Below are positions 10,295-21,604 of a stretch of 64,000 bases of DNA, one piece after another; the first letter of the stretch is position 1, and every line of letters starts with the position of its first letter. This DNA comes from an uncultured delta proteobacterium (GTDB lineage Bacteria; Desulfobacterota; Binatia; DP-6): the NCBI GenBank assembly GCA_963815115.1, contig CAWFFN010000009.1, positions 1,440,001 to 1,504,000 of the forward strand, in the 5' to 3' direction. The notes under the pieces are model-generated. The model did not search any database and was not told the origin of the DNA. It saw nothing but the letters and a program-made list of their open reading frames with translations. Position numbers and translations under genes: made by a program.

Positions 10295-11028
10295 TCAGCG
10301 GCGCTCCGGGGCTCGCGCCACGCTGCGGAGGTGCATCCCGATCCAGTCGACCTCCTGACCCAGAGTCTCCGCGGCCGCCACCGCCATGCCCTCGCCGATG
10401 GTCGGTGGCAGGACGCCCTCGCAGTTCGCCATGATCGAGGCCCACGGGCTGACCTGGATCCGGAGCCAGCCGACGTCACGACCCTCCGGGTCGTGGAGCT
10501 CCGCCTGGTAGGTGCCTCGCAGGTCCATGGAGGTCTCGCGCCAGTCGCGTGAGCTCGTCCATGCCCGCGCACGTCGTCCACACGCGAGAAGACGTCGCTC
10601 GTGAGCGGCGGACCGTCGACCGGTCGCAACGTGAGCCGGATCGCCTGGTCGTCCCAGCTCGGCTCGACGCGACCGGACACCGGTCCCTCGTCGGACGTCC
10701 CGCGGTGGACCACGATGGGACCCGTGCCGACGAGCCGGCGATCGCCGCCCGGCCCGTTGAGGTGCAGGTCGAACTCGGGGTTGGTCAGGCTCGACCATCC
10801 ACCTTCCGGCTCGAGCAATCCGGTGTCGCCGTTCTGCATGCGATCGACCACCAGGCCGCCGTGCACGGTGTGTACGGCGAAGGTGAGGTCCGGTGCGACC
10901 GGGATCGGGCGTGCGTCGACTGCGCAGCCGCTGCCCAGAAGGCTGGCGGCAAGGAGCGCCACCAGGCCGCGCCTGCCGGACGCCACGCTCCGGTACATCT
11001 GCCTTGCTGCTGTCGATGAAGTCGTCAT
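10295..11028 (-). CDS. Hypothetical lipoprotein (paralog B), frameshift near 10560
   Basis: LLGSGC lipobox. N-half in ORF 10279..11028; C-half (DLRGTYQAELHDPEGRDVGWL...GQEVDWI) in the frame ending at 10295; aligns with 6488..7171. Confidence 0.65.
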
Positions 11029-11113
11029 GGCGTCCCGCCGATGCAGGTTCCGTGCACGTCGTGGCGGCTCGAGAACGGACGGTACGCACGGGCGTCGCCG
11101 TGCGCGCCGTGAG

Positions 11114-11142
11114 GTTCTGGACTGCCGCGTCGCATTCTGGAC
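11114..11142 (+). promoter_or_regulatory. Enhancer-like motif copy 2
   Basis: gttctggac-tgccgc-gtcgca-ttctggac in the divergent intergenic region. Confidence 0.6.
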
Positions 11143-11185
11143 GGCGGCCGCGCGCGCATCGCGCGGCGCGGCGCACGATCGGCCG

Positions 11186-11201
11186 GGGCACGCTTCGTGC
11201 T
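11186..11201 (+). promoter_or_regulatory. Putative sigma54 promoter of the RND operon
   Basis: GGGCACG-CTTC-GTGCT, about 45 bp downstream of motif copy 2. Confidence 0.5.
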
Positions 11202-11218
11202 GACCGGGTCAGGCGATC

Positions 11219-14200
11219 ATGCCCGGCTTCTCGCTGCGCAACCCGCACACCATCATCGTCGGCGCGCTGATCGTCGCGCTGCTCGGGCTGACCGCGTTCG
11301 CGCGCATGCCGGTCGACGTCTTCCCGAATCTCAAGATCCCGGCGGTCGTGGTCGCGACCTTCTATCCCGGCATGCCGCCGCACGGAGATCGAGCGCGACA
11401 TCACGACCCGCTTCGAGCGCTTCTTCACGCTCGGCAGCGACATCGAGCACATCGAGTCGCGCTCGCTGCCCGGCGTGAGCATCATCAAGGTCTTCTTCCA
11501 CCCGAGCGCCAACGTCGACACGGCCGCCGCCTCGCTCGCCAACCTGGCGATGGCCGATCTGCGCCATCTGCCGCCGGGGACGCTGCCGCCGCTGGTGCTC
11601 AAGTCCGACGCCTCGTCGCTGCCGGTGACGCTCGTCACCGTGGCGGGCGAGGGCTTCTCCGAGGCGCAGCTGCGCGATCAGGCGCAGTACAACATCCGCA
11701 ACCAGCTGGCGACGGTCGCGGGCGCGTCGGTGCCGCCGCCCTTCGGCGGCAAGTACCGCCAGATCATGGTCTACGCCGACCGCGAGGCGCTCGAGGCGCG
11801 CGGCCTGACGCCTGATGGACGTCGTCCACTCGCTCAACGACGCCAACCTGATCATCCCGGCCGGCGACGCGAAGATCGGCGACACCGACTACTTCATCAC
11901 CACCAACAGCATGATCGAGGACCCGGACGGGATCGACGACGTGCCGGTCAAGGTCGGGCGACGGCCAGGCGCCGGTGCTGGTCCGCGACGTCGGCCACGC
12001 CGAGGACGCCGCGCAGATCCAGCAGAACGTGGTCCGCATCGACGGCCAGCGCTCGGTCTACGTGCCGGTGCTGAAGCAGGGCAACGCCAACACCATCGCG
12101 GTCGTGGACGGCGTGCGCGCGCTGCTGCCGAAGGTCGTCGGCCTGCCGGACGGGATGCAAGCTCGGCGCCATCTTCGATCAGTCGAGCTACATCCGCGGC
12201 GGCGATCGCGCAGCCTCGAGCACGAGGCCGCGTCGGCCGCGGTGCTGGCCTCGCTGGTGATCCTGCTCTTCCTCGGCAGCTTCAAGTCGACCCTCGCGAT
12301 CTTCGTCTCGATCCCGCTCTCGATCCTGGCGGCGGCCTTCGGCCTCTTCCTGAACGGCTCGACGATCAACGTGATGACCCTCGGCGGCTTCGCGCTCGCG
12401 ATCGGCCGGCTGGTGGACGACTCGGTGGTCGTGCTCGAGAACATCAACCGCCACCTGGCGCAGGGCAAGAGCCCGCAGCAGGCGGCGCGCGACGGCGCGG
12501 AGGAGGTGGCGCTCGCCGGTGCTGGCGTCGACCATCACGACCGTCATCGTCTTCTTCCCGGTGATGTTCCTGTTCGGCGTGGCGAAGTACCTGTTCAGCG
12601 CGCTCTCGCTGGCCGTCGTGCTCTCGATGCTCGCCTCCTACGTCGTCGCCATGACCGTGATCCCGATCTACTGCGCGCGCTTCCTCACCGTGGAGGAGGC
12701 GCGCGCCGAGGAGCAGGGCACCGGCCACGGCCGGCTCGGCTGGTTCATCCGCGGCTACGAGCGCTTCGCCGGCCGCTACGAGCGGCTGCTCGAGCGCGCG
12801 CTCGACCACAAGCTGCGCGGTGATCGGCGCCGTGACGGTGCTCTTCGTCGTCGCCATGCTCGGCGCGCGGCTGATCGGCACGGAGCTCTTCCCGCGCACC
12901 GACGCCGGCCAGTTCATCATCAACCTGCGCGCGCCGCCCGGCTCGCGCATCGAGGTGACCGAGGCGCTCACCGAGCAGGTCGAGCAGGTCGATCCGCGAC
13001 GTCATCCCGCCGCACGACCTCTCCATGGTCGTGTCGAACCTCGGGCTCGCGCCCGGGCTTCTCGGCGATCTACTCGTCCAACGCCGCGAGCGACTCGGGC
13101 TTCGTCATGGTGAGCCTGAAGCCGGACCACGAGCGGCTCGACCTGGGAGTACATGCGTCGCGCTCCGCGGAGGCGCTGCGGCACGCGGGTGCCGCAGGTG
13201 CAGACGTTCTTCCAGTCGGGCAGCATCATCGACGCGGTGCTGAACTTCGGGCTGGCGGCGCCGATCGACGTCCAGCTGAGCGGGCCGGACTACGACGGCG
13301 CTGCACGCCGCGGCGCAGGCAGGTGGCGCGGCACGGTGCGCCAGGTGCCCGAGGTGGCCGACGTCTTCGTCCCGCAGGAGTCCGGCTATCCGACGCTCCA
13401 GGTGCGGGTCGACCGGGTGAAGGCCGCGCGGCTCGGCCTCTCGCCAGCGCGACGTGGTGACCAACGTCATCACCGCGCTCACCTCGAACCAGATGATCGC
13501 GCCGTCGATCTGGATCGATCCGAAGAACGGCAACGACTACTTCCTCACCGTCCAGTATCCCGAGCAGGACATCCAGCTCGCTCGACACGCTGCTCAACAT
13601 TCCCGTGCGCGGCCGCGCGTCGACCAGCGACGGCCACGAGGACGCGCTCCTGCTGCGCAACGTCGCCACGATCACGCACGACCACCGAGCCCGCGGAGGC
13701 GGCGCACTACAACATCCAGCGCGTGGTCGACGTGCTGGTCGTCGCCGCGCGGCGACGACATGGGCGGCACGCAGGCGGCCATCCAGCGCGCGCTCGCGGG
13801 CACGCCGCTGCCGAAGGACGTGCAGGTCACCTATCGCGGGTCGGTGTCGGCGATGCAGGCGTCGTTCTCGAGCTTCGGCTTCGGCCTCGGCGATGGCGCT
13901 CGTCCTGCTCTACCTCGTGATGGTGGCGCAGTTCCGGTCGTTCCTCGATCCCTTCATCATCATGTTCTCCGTGCCGATGGGCCTGATCGGCGTCGTCGCC
14001 GTGCTGCTCGCCACCGGCACGACGCTCAACATCGAGTCGTTCATGGGGACGATCGTGATGGTGGGCATCGTGGTGTCCAACTCGATCCTGCTGGTCGACT
14101 TCGCCAACCAGCGCCGCCGCGAGGGCGCGCCGCTGCGGCGGGCGATCGTCGAGGCGTCGCGCATCCGCATGCGGCCGATCGTCATGACCGCGCTCGCGAC

Positions 14201-14369
14201 GGTCGTCGGGCTGCTGCCGATCGCGCTCAAGCTGGGCGAGGGCTCCGAGGCGTCGGCGCCGCTGGCGCGCGCGGCGGTGGGCGGCCTCGCGGTGTCGACG
14301 GTGCTGACGCTGGTGCTGGTGCCGGCGATCTACGAGCTGCTCTACGCCCGCCGCGCGGTGCAGGCATGA
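11219..14369 (+). CDS. RND efflux permease, broken by many single-base frameshifts
   Basis: Consecutive ORF pieces MPVDVFPNLKIP, PPGTLPP, INVMTLGGFALAIGRLVDDSVVVLENI, FPRTDAGQF, SNSILLVDFA, RMRPIVMT. Confidence 0.85.
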
Positions 14370-15474
14370 GGGCTGTCGCGGTGGTCGTGGCGTGCCTGGC
14401 GGCGGCGCTCTGGCTGGCGGCGTGCGGCGAGCGCGAGGCCGTGCCCGGCGGTCGAACCGGCACGTCCGACCGTGACGGTCGTACGCCCGGAGCGCGGCGA
14501 CGTCAGCCGCACGATCACCCTGCCGGGCGACCTCGCCGGTCTCAACGAGGCGGCGCTCTACGCCAAGGTGACCGGCTACCTGAAGCGCATCGACGTCGAC
14601 AAGGGCGACTGGGTGCAGCAAGGGCCAGACCCTCGCCGTGATCGAGGTCCCGGAGCTCGAGCAGAAGCTGAAGCGCGCCCGGGCGAACCTCGACGTGCAG
14701 CGGGTGACCTACGAGCGCCTGCAGCGGCGTGTGGACGACCGACCGGCGGCTGGTCGCGCGCGAGGACGTCGACGTCGCGCAGGGCAAGTTCCAGCAGGCG
14801 CAGGCCGAGGTGGAGGAGCTCGAGGCGATGGTCGGCTACACGCACATCGTCGCGCCGTTCGACGGCGTGATCACCGCGCGCTACGTCGACCCCGGCGCGC
14901 TGATCCAGGCCAGCGCGCACGCGGCGAGCACGGGTGCGAGCGGCGGCTCCGTGCCGGTGGTGCGCATCGCCGACATCGACACGCTGCGGGTCTACGTCTA
15001 CGTCCCGGAGGAGGAGACGAGCCTCATCAAGCGCGGCATGCCGGCCACGCTCCGGCTGCGCGAGTTCCCGGGACGCGAGTTCACCGGCAGAGTCGCGCCG
15101 CTTCGCCACCGCGCTCGACCTCTCGACGCGCACGATGCTCACCGAGGTCGACCTGCGCCAACGCCGGCCACGAGCTCTATCCGGGCATGTACGCCGACGT
15201 CACGCTCGAGCTCGAGCGGCATCGCGATGCGCTGACGGTTCCCGCCACGGCGGTCGGGACCGCGGGCGCCGCGCGCTTCGTGTACGTCGTGCGCGACGGC
15301 GAGCTGGCGAAGGTGCCGGTGACCACCGGCATCCGCGAGGCCGGCTCGGTGGAGATCGTCTCCGGGCTCGCGGGCGAGGAGCAGGTGGTGACCAGCATCA
15401 GCCCGGCCCTCGCCGAGGGCGGCAAGGTGCGAGCCGTCGTGGCGGGGGCGAGCGGGCCGCAGGACGTGGGCTGA
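14366..15474 (+). CDS. RND periplasmic adaptor (MFP), frameshifted
   Basis: Lipobox WLAAC; LYAKVTGYLKRIDVDKGD, IEVPEL, APFDGVITARYVDPG, LYPGMYA. Confidence 0.85.
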
Positions 15475-15479
15475 GCCGT

Positions 15480-16864
15480 GTGCCGCCGCGCCTCGGCCGC
15501 TTGCTGCTCGTCGCCGGCTGCTGTCTCCTGGCGGTCGTCCGCGGCCGCCGAGGAGCGAGCCGATCGCGCCGGGCGAGGAGCTGACCCTCGAGCGCGCCGT
15601 CGCGCTCGCGCTCGAGCACCATCCGGCGCGCATGGCCGCCGAGGCGCGGGCCGGCGCCGCCCGCGAGCGGATCGGCGAGGCCAGCGCCTCGCTGCTGCCG
15701 CAGGTCTTCGGCGTGACCGAGTACCTGCGCGCGACCGACAACGGCATCGGCGACACGAGCCTACCTCGCCGCGCCCGGCGTGACGCGGGCGCCGAGCGAG
15801 GGGCGGCACGTGAATCAGCTCACCGACACCTTCGACAACTACCTGGCCGCCGTGTCCGCCTACCAGTATCTCTTCGACTTCGGCCGGACGCGTGGGCTCG
15901 TCGAGCAGCGCGACGCGGAAGCCGACGCCGAAGCGGCGCGCTCCCGCCTGGTCGAGCTCGACCTCGTCTTCCAGGTGTCGCAGGCCTACTTCGACCTGGT
16001 CGCCGCGAAGGAGATCGTCACGGTGTTCGAGCAGGCCGTCGCCCAGCGTGACGGAGCACCTGCGCGAGGCGCAGGTGAAGTCGCAGGCTGGCCTCAAGCC
16101 GGAGATCGACGTCTACACCGCGCAGTCCGACCTGGCGCGCGCCCAGCTCCAGCTCGTCGACGCGCGCAACGGGGTCGCCACGGCGAAGGTGGCGCTCGAC
16201 AACGCGATGGGACTCGGGGACCAGGCGCCGGAGTACACCCAGAGCGAGCAGCTTTCCCCCGGGCACATCACCGAGACCGCGGAGCACTATCTCGAGCGCG
16301 CCCTCGAGCAGCGTCCCGATCTGAAGATGCTGGTCGACGAGGCGCGGGCGGCGGGCGCGGAGATCAAGCAGTATCGGAGCGACTACCTGCCGAGGGTCGG
16401 CGGCGTCGCCGGCTACAACGTGCGCGGCCAGGACGCGACCCCGGGCAACAACTACTACGTCGGCCTGGTCGTCACGTGGCCGATCTTCAACGGCTTCCTC
16501 ACCGACCACCAGGTGGAGGAGGCCAGGCTGAAGCCAGGACGCCGTCAAGCACGGGATCGAGGACCTGCGCCAGCAGATCGTGCTCCAGGTGAAGCGGTCG
16601 TTCCTCGACTGGCAGGCGTCGCTCGACCGCATTCACCAGGCCGACGCGACCCTGGCCGCGTCGCGCGTCGAGCTCGAGCTGGCGGAGAAGCGCTACGACA
16701 CCGGGCTCGGATCGATCATCGAGCTGACCGATGCCCAGCGGCGGTTCACCGAGGACGGCGCGGCGCAGGTGAAGGCGCTGGCCGGCTTCTCGATCGCCAG
16801 GGCGGCCCTGAATCGGGACGCGGGGTGCTGCCTGCCCGACGAGCCGGTGACGCACGGTGGGTGA
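15480..16864 (+). CDS. TolC-family outer membrane channel, frameshifted
   Basis: LTLERAV..ALE, LFDFGRTRG, VSQAYFDL, WPIFNGF, LAEKRYDTGLGSIIELTDAQ. Confidence 0.82.
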
Positions 16865-16876
16865 CCTGGATGGGCC

Positions 16877-16905
16877 GTCCAGATTGCGACGGCGGCGTCC
16901 AGAAT
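16877..16905 (-). promoter_or_regulatory. Enhancer-like motif copy 3 (reverse orientation)
   Basis: Reverse complement reads attctggac-gccgcc-gtcgca-atctggac. Confidence 0.6.
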
Positions 16906-16989
16906 CTTACATCGCCGGCGGCTGACGGCGACGGTCTCCACGAGGCCGCGGCTTACACGGGATTTGCTTCATCCGGGCGTCGAGCAACC

Positions 16990-17632
16990 ATGCCCGCCGA
17001 GCTCCCGGACGTCGAGCAGCTCCGCCTCCGCCTCGCCGCAGTCGAGCGGCGGACGGCGAGGCTCCGCTGGATCGGGGTGGCGCTCGCGGTGGCGGTCGCG
17101 GCCGCCGGAGCCGTAGCCGTTCGGCGCGGAGCGCTCTCCCGCGACGGGAGCCTGGAGGGCCGGGCAGGTCGTGCTGCACGATGCGACCGGAGCCGTGCGC
17201 GCCGTCCTCGGGGTCCGCAGCGACGGCAGCGTCGGATTGATGCTCGCCGACGGCGAGGCGCGGCCCCGTGCCATGCTGGGCGTGGCGCGGGACGGCGGCC
17301 CGGCGCTCGGCCTGAGCGACCGGCAGGGCCGCCTGCGCGCCGCCTTCGCGGTGGCGGCCGACGGCTCGGCGAACGTCGGCTTCCTCGACCAGGATCAGAC
17401 GGTGCGCACCACGCTCGGCACGTCGGAGAACGGGGCGCCCGCGCTCAGCCTGGTGGACGACGACCATCGCGTGCGGGCCGCGTTGCAGGCCGACACCGAC
17501 GGCACGTCGCTGCTGCGGCTCTTCGACGGCGCCGGCAAGCCGCGCGTCGCACTCGGCCTGAACCACGACGCGCCGAGCCTCGTCCTGCTCGACGAGGACG
17601 GCGAGCTGCTCGGCGAGGTGCCGGGCCGGTAG
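16990..17632 (+). CDS. Membrane-anchored hypothetical protein with short beta repeats, frameshift near 17160
   Basis: N-terminal coiled coil plus TM (MPAELPDVEQ...VALAVAVAAA), then repeats of L.D..G..R..LG...DG. Confidence 0.6.
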
Positions 17633-17636
17633 CGCG

Positions 17637-17666
17637 TGTAATGTGCTCTGTAACATTCATTGTTAT
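17637..17666 (+). promoter_or_regulatory. AT-rich regulator-binding region upstream of the porin
   Basis: TGTAAT/TGTAAC/TGTTAT direct repeats at 12-bp period, containing the TAACA-N5-TGTTA palindrome. Confidence 0.4.
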
Positions 17667-17752
17667 GATCTAGAGATAGTTCATCGCCATCGGACTTCAC
17701 GCTAGCATGCCAGCGGCGCGGGGCTCTTGCGCGCCGCCAGGAGGATGACTCG

Positions 17753-19415
17753 ATGATCCGGCCGTACTGCGCTGTCGCTCGCTGCGCTGCTCGCTCCGTT
17801 CGCGATCGTTCCCACCGTCTTCGCCCAGCAGACGACCGAGCAGCGCCTGCAGGCGCTCGAGGGCCAGCTGCGGGACGCCCTCCAGCAGCTCGGCGAACAG
17901 CGCGAGGCGACCCGGCGCGCGCAGCAGCAGATCGGCGAGCTACAGCGCCAGCTCGACCAGCGACAGGCGGGCGCCCCCGCGTCGCGCGCCTCCCGGCAGG
18001 CCGCTCCCGCGGCGACGTCGCGCACGGTCGACCGCGCAGATCGAGGACAAGGTCCGCGCCGAGGTGGCGCGCACGCAGGAAGAGGATCGCGCGAAGCAGC
18101 AGCAGCTCGAGACCCAGGTCGCGCAGATGAAGCCGGCCTGGGACGACTACGCGCAGAAGTGGCTCAACAAGTTCAAGATCAGCACGCTCTTCTACTCGGA
18201 CTGGGCTTTCTACAGCCAGACCGGATTCGGCCCGCAGTTCCTCACCCAGCTCAACCCGCCCGGACCGGGGAACGACAACTACAACTCCTTCGACATCACG
18301 CGTGCCTACATCAACCTCTTCTTCACGCCCGACGAGGATTTCACGTTCCGGGTGACGCCCAACATCTTCCGCGCGCAAGGCGGCGGTACGAACCAGACGA
18401 CGGGCAAGAACGGCGGCATCGGCAGCAACCTGAACGGGAACCTCAGCTACCGGCTGAAGTACGGCTACATCGACTGGAACACGCCCTTCAAGAGACTCGC
18501 GGAGTACTACGTGCCGGCCTTGGCCCCCATGAACGACGCCAAGATCACCTTCGGCCAGCAGCCGAATCCACTGATCGACTGGGAGGAGAATCTCTACGGC
18601 TATCGCTTCACCAGCCTCGTCCCGTGGAACTATCTCAGCCTGAGCTCCACGCAGGTCGGGATCGCCAGCAAGGGACCGATCAAGTTCGACGGCCTCCAGT
18701 ACCTGGACTACGACCTCGGAATCTACAACAACGCGAACTTCCACCAGAACGAGCAGAGCGCAGCCAAGAGCGGCATGATCCGGGTCTCCGGCTATCCATT
18801 CGGCGCCAGGTCACGTTTCGACGGGCTCGGGGTCACCGGCTTCTACCAGTACGGGTTCCGAACACGACGCCCGACGCAGCGACCTGAACACCCACATCTA
18901 CCGGACTGCTGCCCTGCTGCATTACAGCACCGACTGGTGGAGCATCGCCGGGGAGTACGACCAGGGTCACAACGCGTTCACGTCGAGCAATCTCTTCTCG
19001 GGCAGCGGGCCGGCCGATGAGTTCGGCCTCGCCAAGACGCCCTTCGCGGACTTCGACAAGATGGTGAAGGCGATGCAGAACAACGACCGCACCACCCAGC
19101 AGGGCGTCGACGTTCTTCGGCCACGTGGACATCCAGGACACCCCGTTCTCGGTCTTCGGGCTCTGGCAGCTCTTCTATCCCAACACGCAGGTCAGCAATA
19201 ATCCGCTGGACTTCCAGCGCTTCGTCGCGGGCGTCGGGTACAAGTACAGCCGGTACCTGCGCCTCGCCCTCGATGTCCAGTATCTGGCGTACCTCCACTC
19301 GCAGTTCACGTTCCCGCTCTCCGAGGGGAAGCAGTTCGGACTCACGTCCCCGGTCAAGGATGCGGTCCCGCCGGACATCCTGGCCGTCTTCCTGAACCTC
19401 GAGTTCAACTACTGA
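17753..19415 (+). CDS. Putative outer-membrane beta-barrel/porin with N-terminal coiled coil, frameshifted
   Basis: AGGAGG RBS, signal ...PTVFA-QQ, coiled coil, aromatic-rich strands (FDITRAYIN, YRLKYGYIDW) and C-terminal aromatic end VFLNLEFNY. Confidence 0.7.
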
Positions 19416-19447
19416 GCCAGGCGAGCTAGACTCCGCCTCGTACTGGC

Positions 19448-19888
19448 ATGCGAAGGGTCTTGCTCGCGACCCTCGGTATGCTCGCGGCGTGTGCTCCTCC
19501 CACGCCGCATGCCCCGAGGGTCACCACGGCGGCCGGGCGGGAGTGCGTCCAGACCTGCCGGTCGCTCTACAGCGACTGCCTGGGGGCGATAGGGGTCGGC
19601 GGGAACTACTGGAGCTTCAACCAGCGAAATTCGCATGGTCAGGCCCGGAATTGCGATGAGAACCTCGCATCGTGCTATGCCACTTGGCTTCGTCCTAGCC
19701 GGGAAGCACGCCCAAGCCGGCTGCGTCCGGTCAGCGCTGACTCGCCGCCGAACTCCGCAGAGCTGGCGCTCTTCCTGAACGTCGAGTTCGACGACCGAAG
19801 GCGGCTCGGCCTCAGAAGCAGGCCAGCCCCGCCACCGTTCCCGTGGAGTCGGAGATCGGGATCTGGACGTGGCACGCCAGCTCGATGA
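19448..19888 (+). CDS. Small Cys-rich lipoprotein (3' end uncertain)
   Basis: MRRVLLATLGMLAAC lipobox; C..C...C...C...C pattern up to about 19690. Confidence 0.5.
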   Translation: MRRVLLATLGMLAACAPPTPHAPRVTTAAGRECVQTCRSLYSDCLGAIGVGGNYWSFNQRNSHGQARNCDENLASCYATWLRPSREARPSRLRPVSADSPPNSAELALFLNVEFDDRRRLGLRSRPAPPPFPWSRRSGSGRGTPAR

Positions 19889-21328
19889 CGAAGCCGAGCA
19901 GCATCGGGTCGCCGGTGCATGGGCCCGAGCGGTCCGCCTTCGCGAAGGCGGCCACGAGCTTGTCCTCTATCTTCGTTCCCGGCAACAGGATGCGCAATCG
20001 GGATCGGCCGGCTTCCCGCGCGACGCCGACCTGGTGGTGCAGTTGAAGAGGCCGGTGACAGCCTTGGCCGCCGCCGTGAGCTTCGACGCTTCGCACCTGC
20101 TCGGCACGTCGGGGAGACTTTCGGCGACCTGCGACACGCAGGAGTCGACAGTGTCCTCGCAGTTCGCTGCCGAGCTTCCGCACTCTCCCGCCTTTGCGAA
20201 GGCGGTTGCGTACTTCGACTCGGCCCTGGCGATGCAATCGCTCAGGCCCGAGGAGTCACCGGTCTTGGCGACCTTCGCCAGGCAGGCGAGCTTGCCGCTC
20301 TCCTTCTTGCCGATCGCCTTCAGCTTCGCCGCGACGCACTTGTCGCAGTCGGCGATGGCCAGGCGCCAGACCGACTGCTGGATCTGGGTGAACCACAGGT
20401 TGCCGTCGGGCCCGTTCGTGATGTTGCTGCCCGAAATGAAGAACTCGGTGATCGTGTTGGGGCTGTTCGGCGAGATCCGCCCGACCGCTCCGCCCTCGGT
20501 GAACCACAGGTTGCCGTCCGGTCCGGTCACGATCGAGAACGGCCGGCTATTCGCGGTGGGGATGGGGAACTCGTTGATGGTGTTCGGCGCGCCCGGCGTG
20601 ATCCGTCCGATCTGCCCGCCGGTCACCTCGGTGAACCACAGGTTGCCGTCGGGGCCGGTGGCGATCCCACCGGGGGACCCGTTTGCGGTCGGGATCGTGA
20701 ACTCCGTGATGGTGTTGGGGCTGCCCGGGGTGATCCGCCCGATCTTGTCTCCGCGCTCGTTGCCCGCGACGAACGCCTCCGCGAACCAGATGTTGCCGTC
20801 CGGACCGACGGTGATGCCCCGCGCGCCCTGTCCGCTCGGGATGGGAAACTCCGTGATGGTGTTGGGGCTGCCTGGCGTGATGCGACCGATCTTCGCGCTG
20901 TTCCCCTCGGTGAACCACAGGTTGCCGTCGGGGCCCGCGACGATGTCTTGCGGGTCGCTGTCGATGGTCGGGATCGGGAACTCGGTGATGGTGTTCGGGC
21001 TCGCGGGGGTGATCCGGCCGATCTGGTTGCCGGTGATCTCGACGAACCAGAGGTTGCCGTCCGGACCGGCCGTGATGCCCGCCGGTCGGATGTCCGCGGA
21101 CGAAACGGGGAACTCGGTGATGGTGTTCGGGGCGGACGGGAGGATGCGTCCGATGTTGTCCGGGTCGAACTCGGTGAACCACAGGTTCGCGTCCGGTCCC
21201 GCCGTGATGTCCTCGGGAAAGCTGAACGGTGATCCCCGGAACTCGGTGAAGCATTGCCCGCGTGCAGTGCCGGCGGCCACGAGCAGGTTCACGGCGAGCG
21301 CAACCAGAAACGCGCCTCTCCGATTCAT
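19812..21328 (-). CDS. Secreted Vgb-like beta-propeller with C-terminal Cys-rich helical domain (frameshift near 19980)
   Basis: Signal peptide; seven GPDGNLWF-type blades with IGRITP..PNTITEF linkers; Cys-rich tail continues in the frame ending at 19812. Confidence 0.8.
20385..21250 (-). repeat. Intragenic tandem repeats (~130 bp unit) encoding propeller blades
   Basis: Recurrent ggtgaaccacaggttgccgtc and aactcggtgatggtgtt segments on the + strand. Confidence 0.75.
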
Positions 21329-21604
21329 GACGGCCCCCCTTGTGAACCCGGTGGGTGTTTCGCGCCGATCGAACTGGCTTGGCAGTCACTCCCGGCGCAG
21401 GACGGCGTGCCGGTCGCCGAGGAGTGCAACGAGCACCACCCGGATGAGATGCGCGGGCTGGCCAACCTATTGCATCGACCCGTCTGGCCAAACGGCCGGA
21501 GCCGCCCCGCCGGCGGGTTCCTTGTTCGATCGGGCGGCGTGCAATGCCTCCCGGGGCGCTGGCGGCCTCGCCTGCGTCGGGAAGAACCGCTCCGCTCGGG
21601 TCGC

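Noticed and set aside
11219-16864. Programmed ribosomal frameshifting or phase variation in the RND operon
   Set aside because: Too many breaks, with no shared slippery sequence or long homopolymer; sequencing error is more parsimonious.
20385-21250. Regularly spaced repeats resembling a CRISPR array
   Set aside because: They are in-frame propeller blades with similar 'spacers'; no cas genes are present.
21330-21600. Intergenic stretch possibly holding an ncRNA or riboswitch
   Set aside because: No recognisable conserved structure or motif could be supported by eye.
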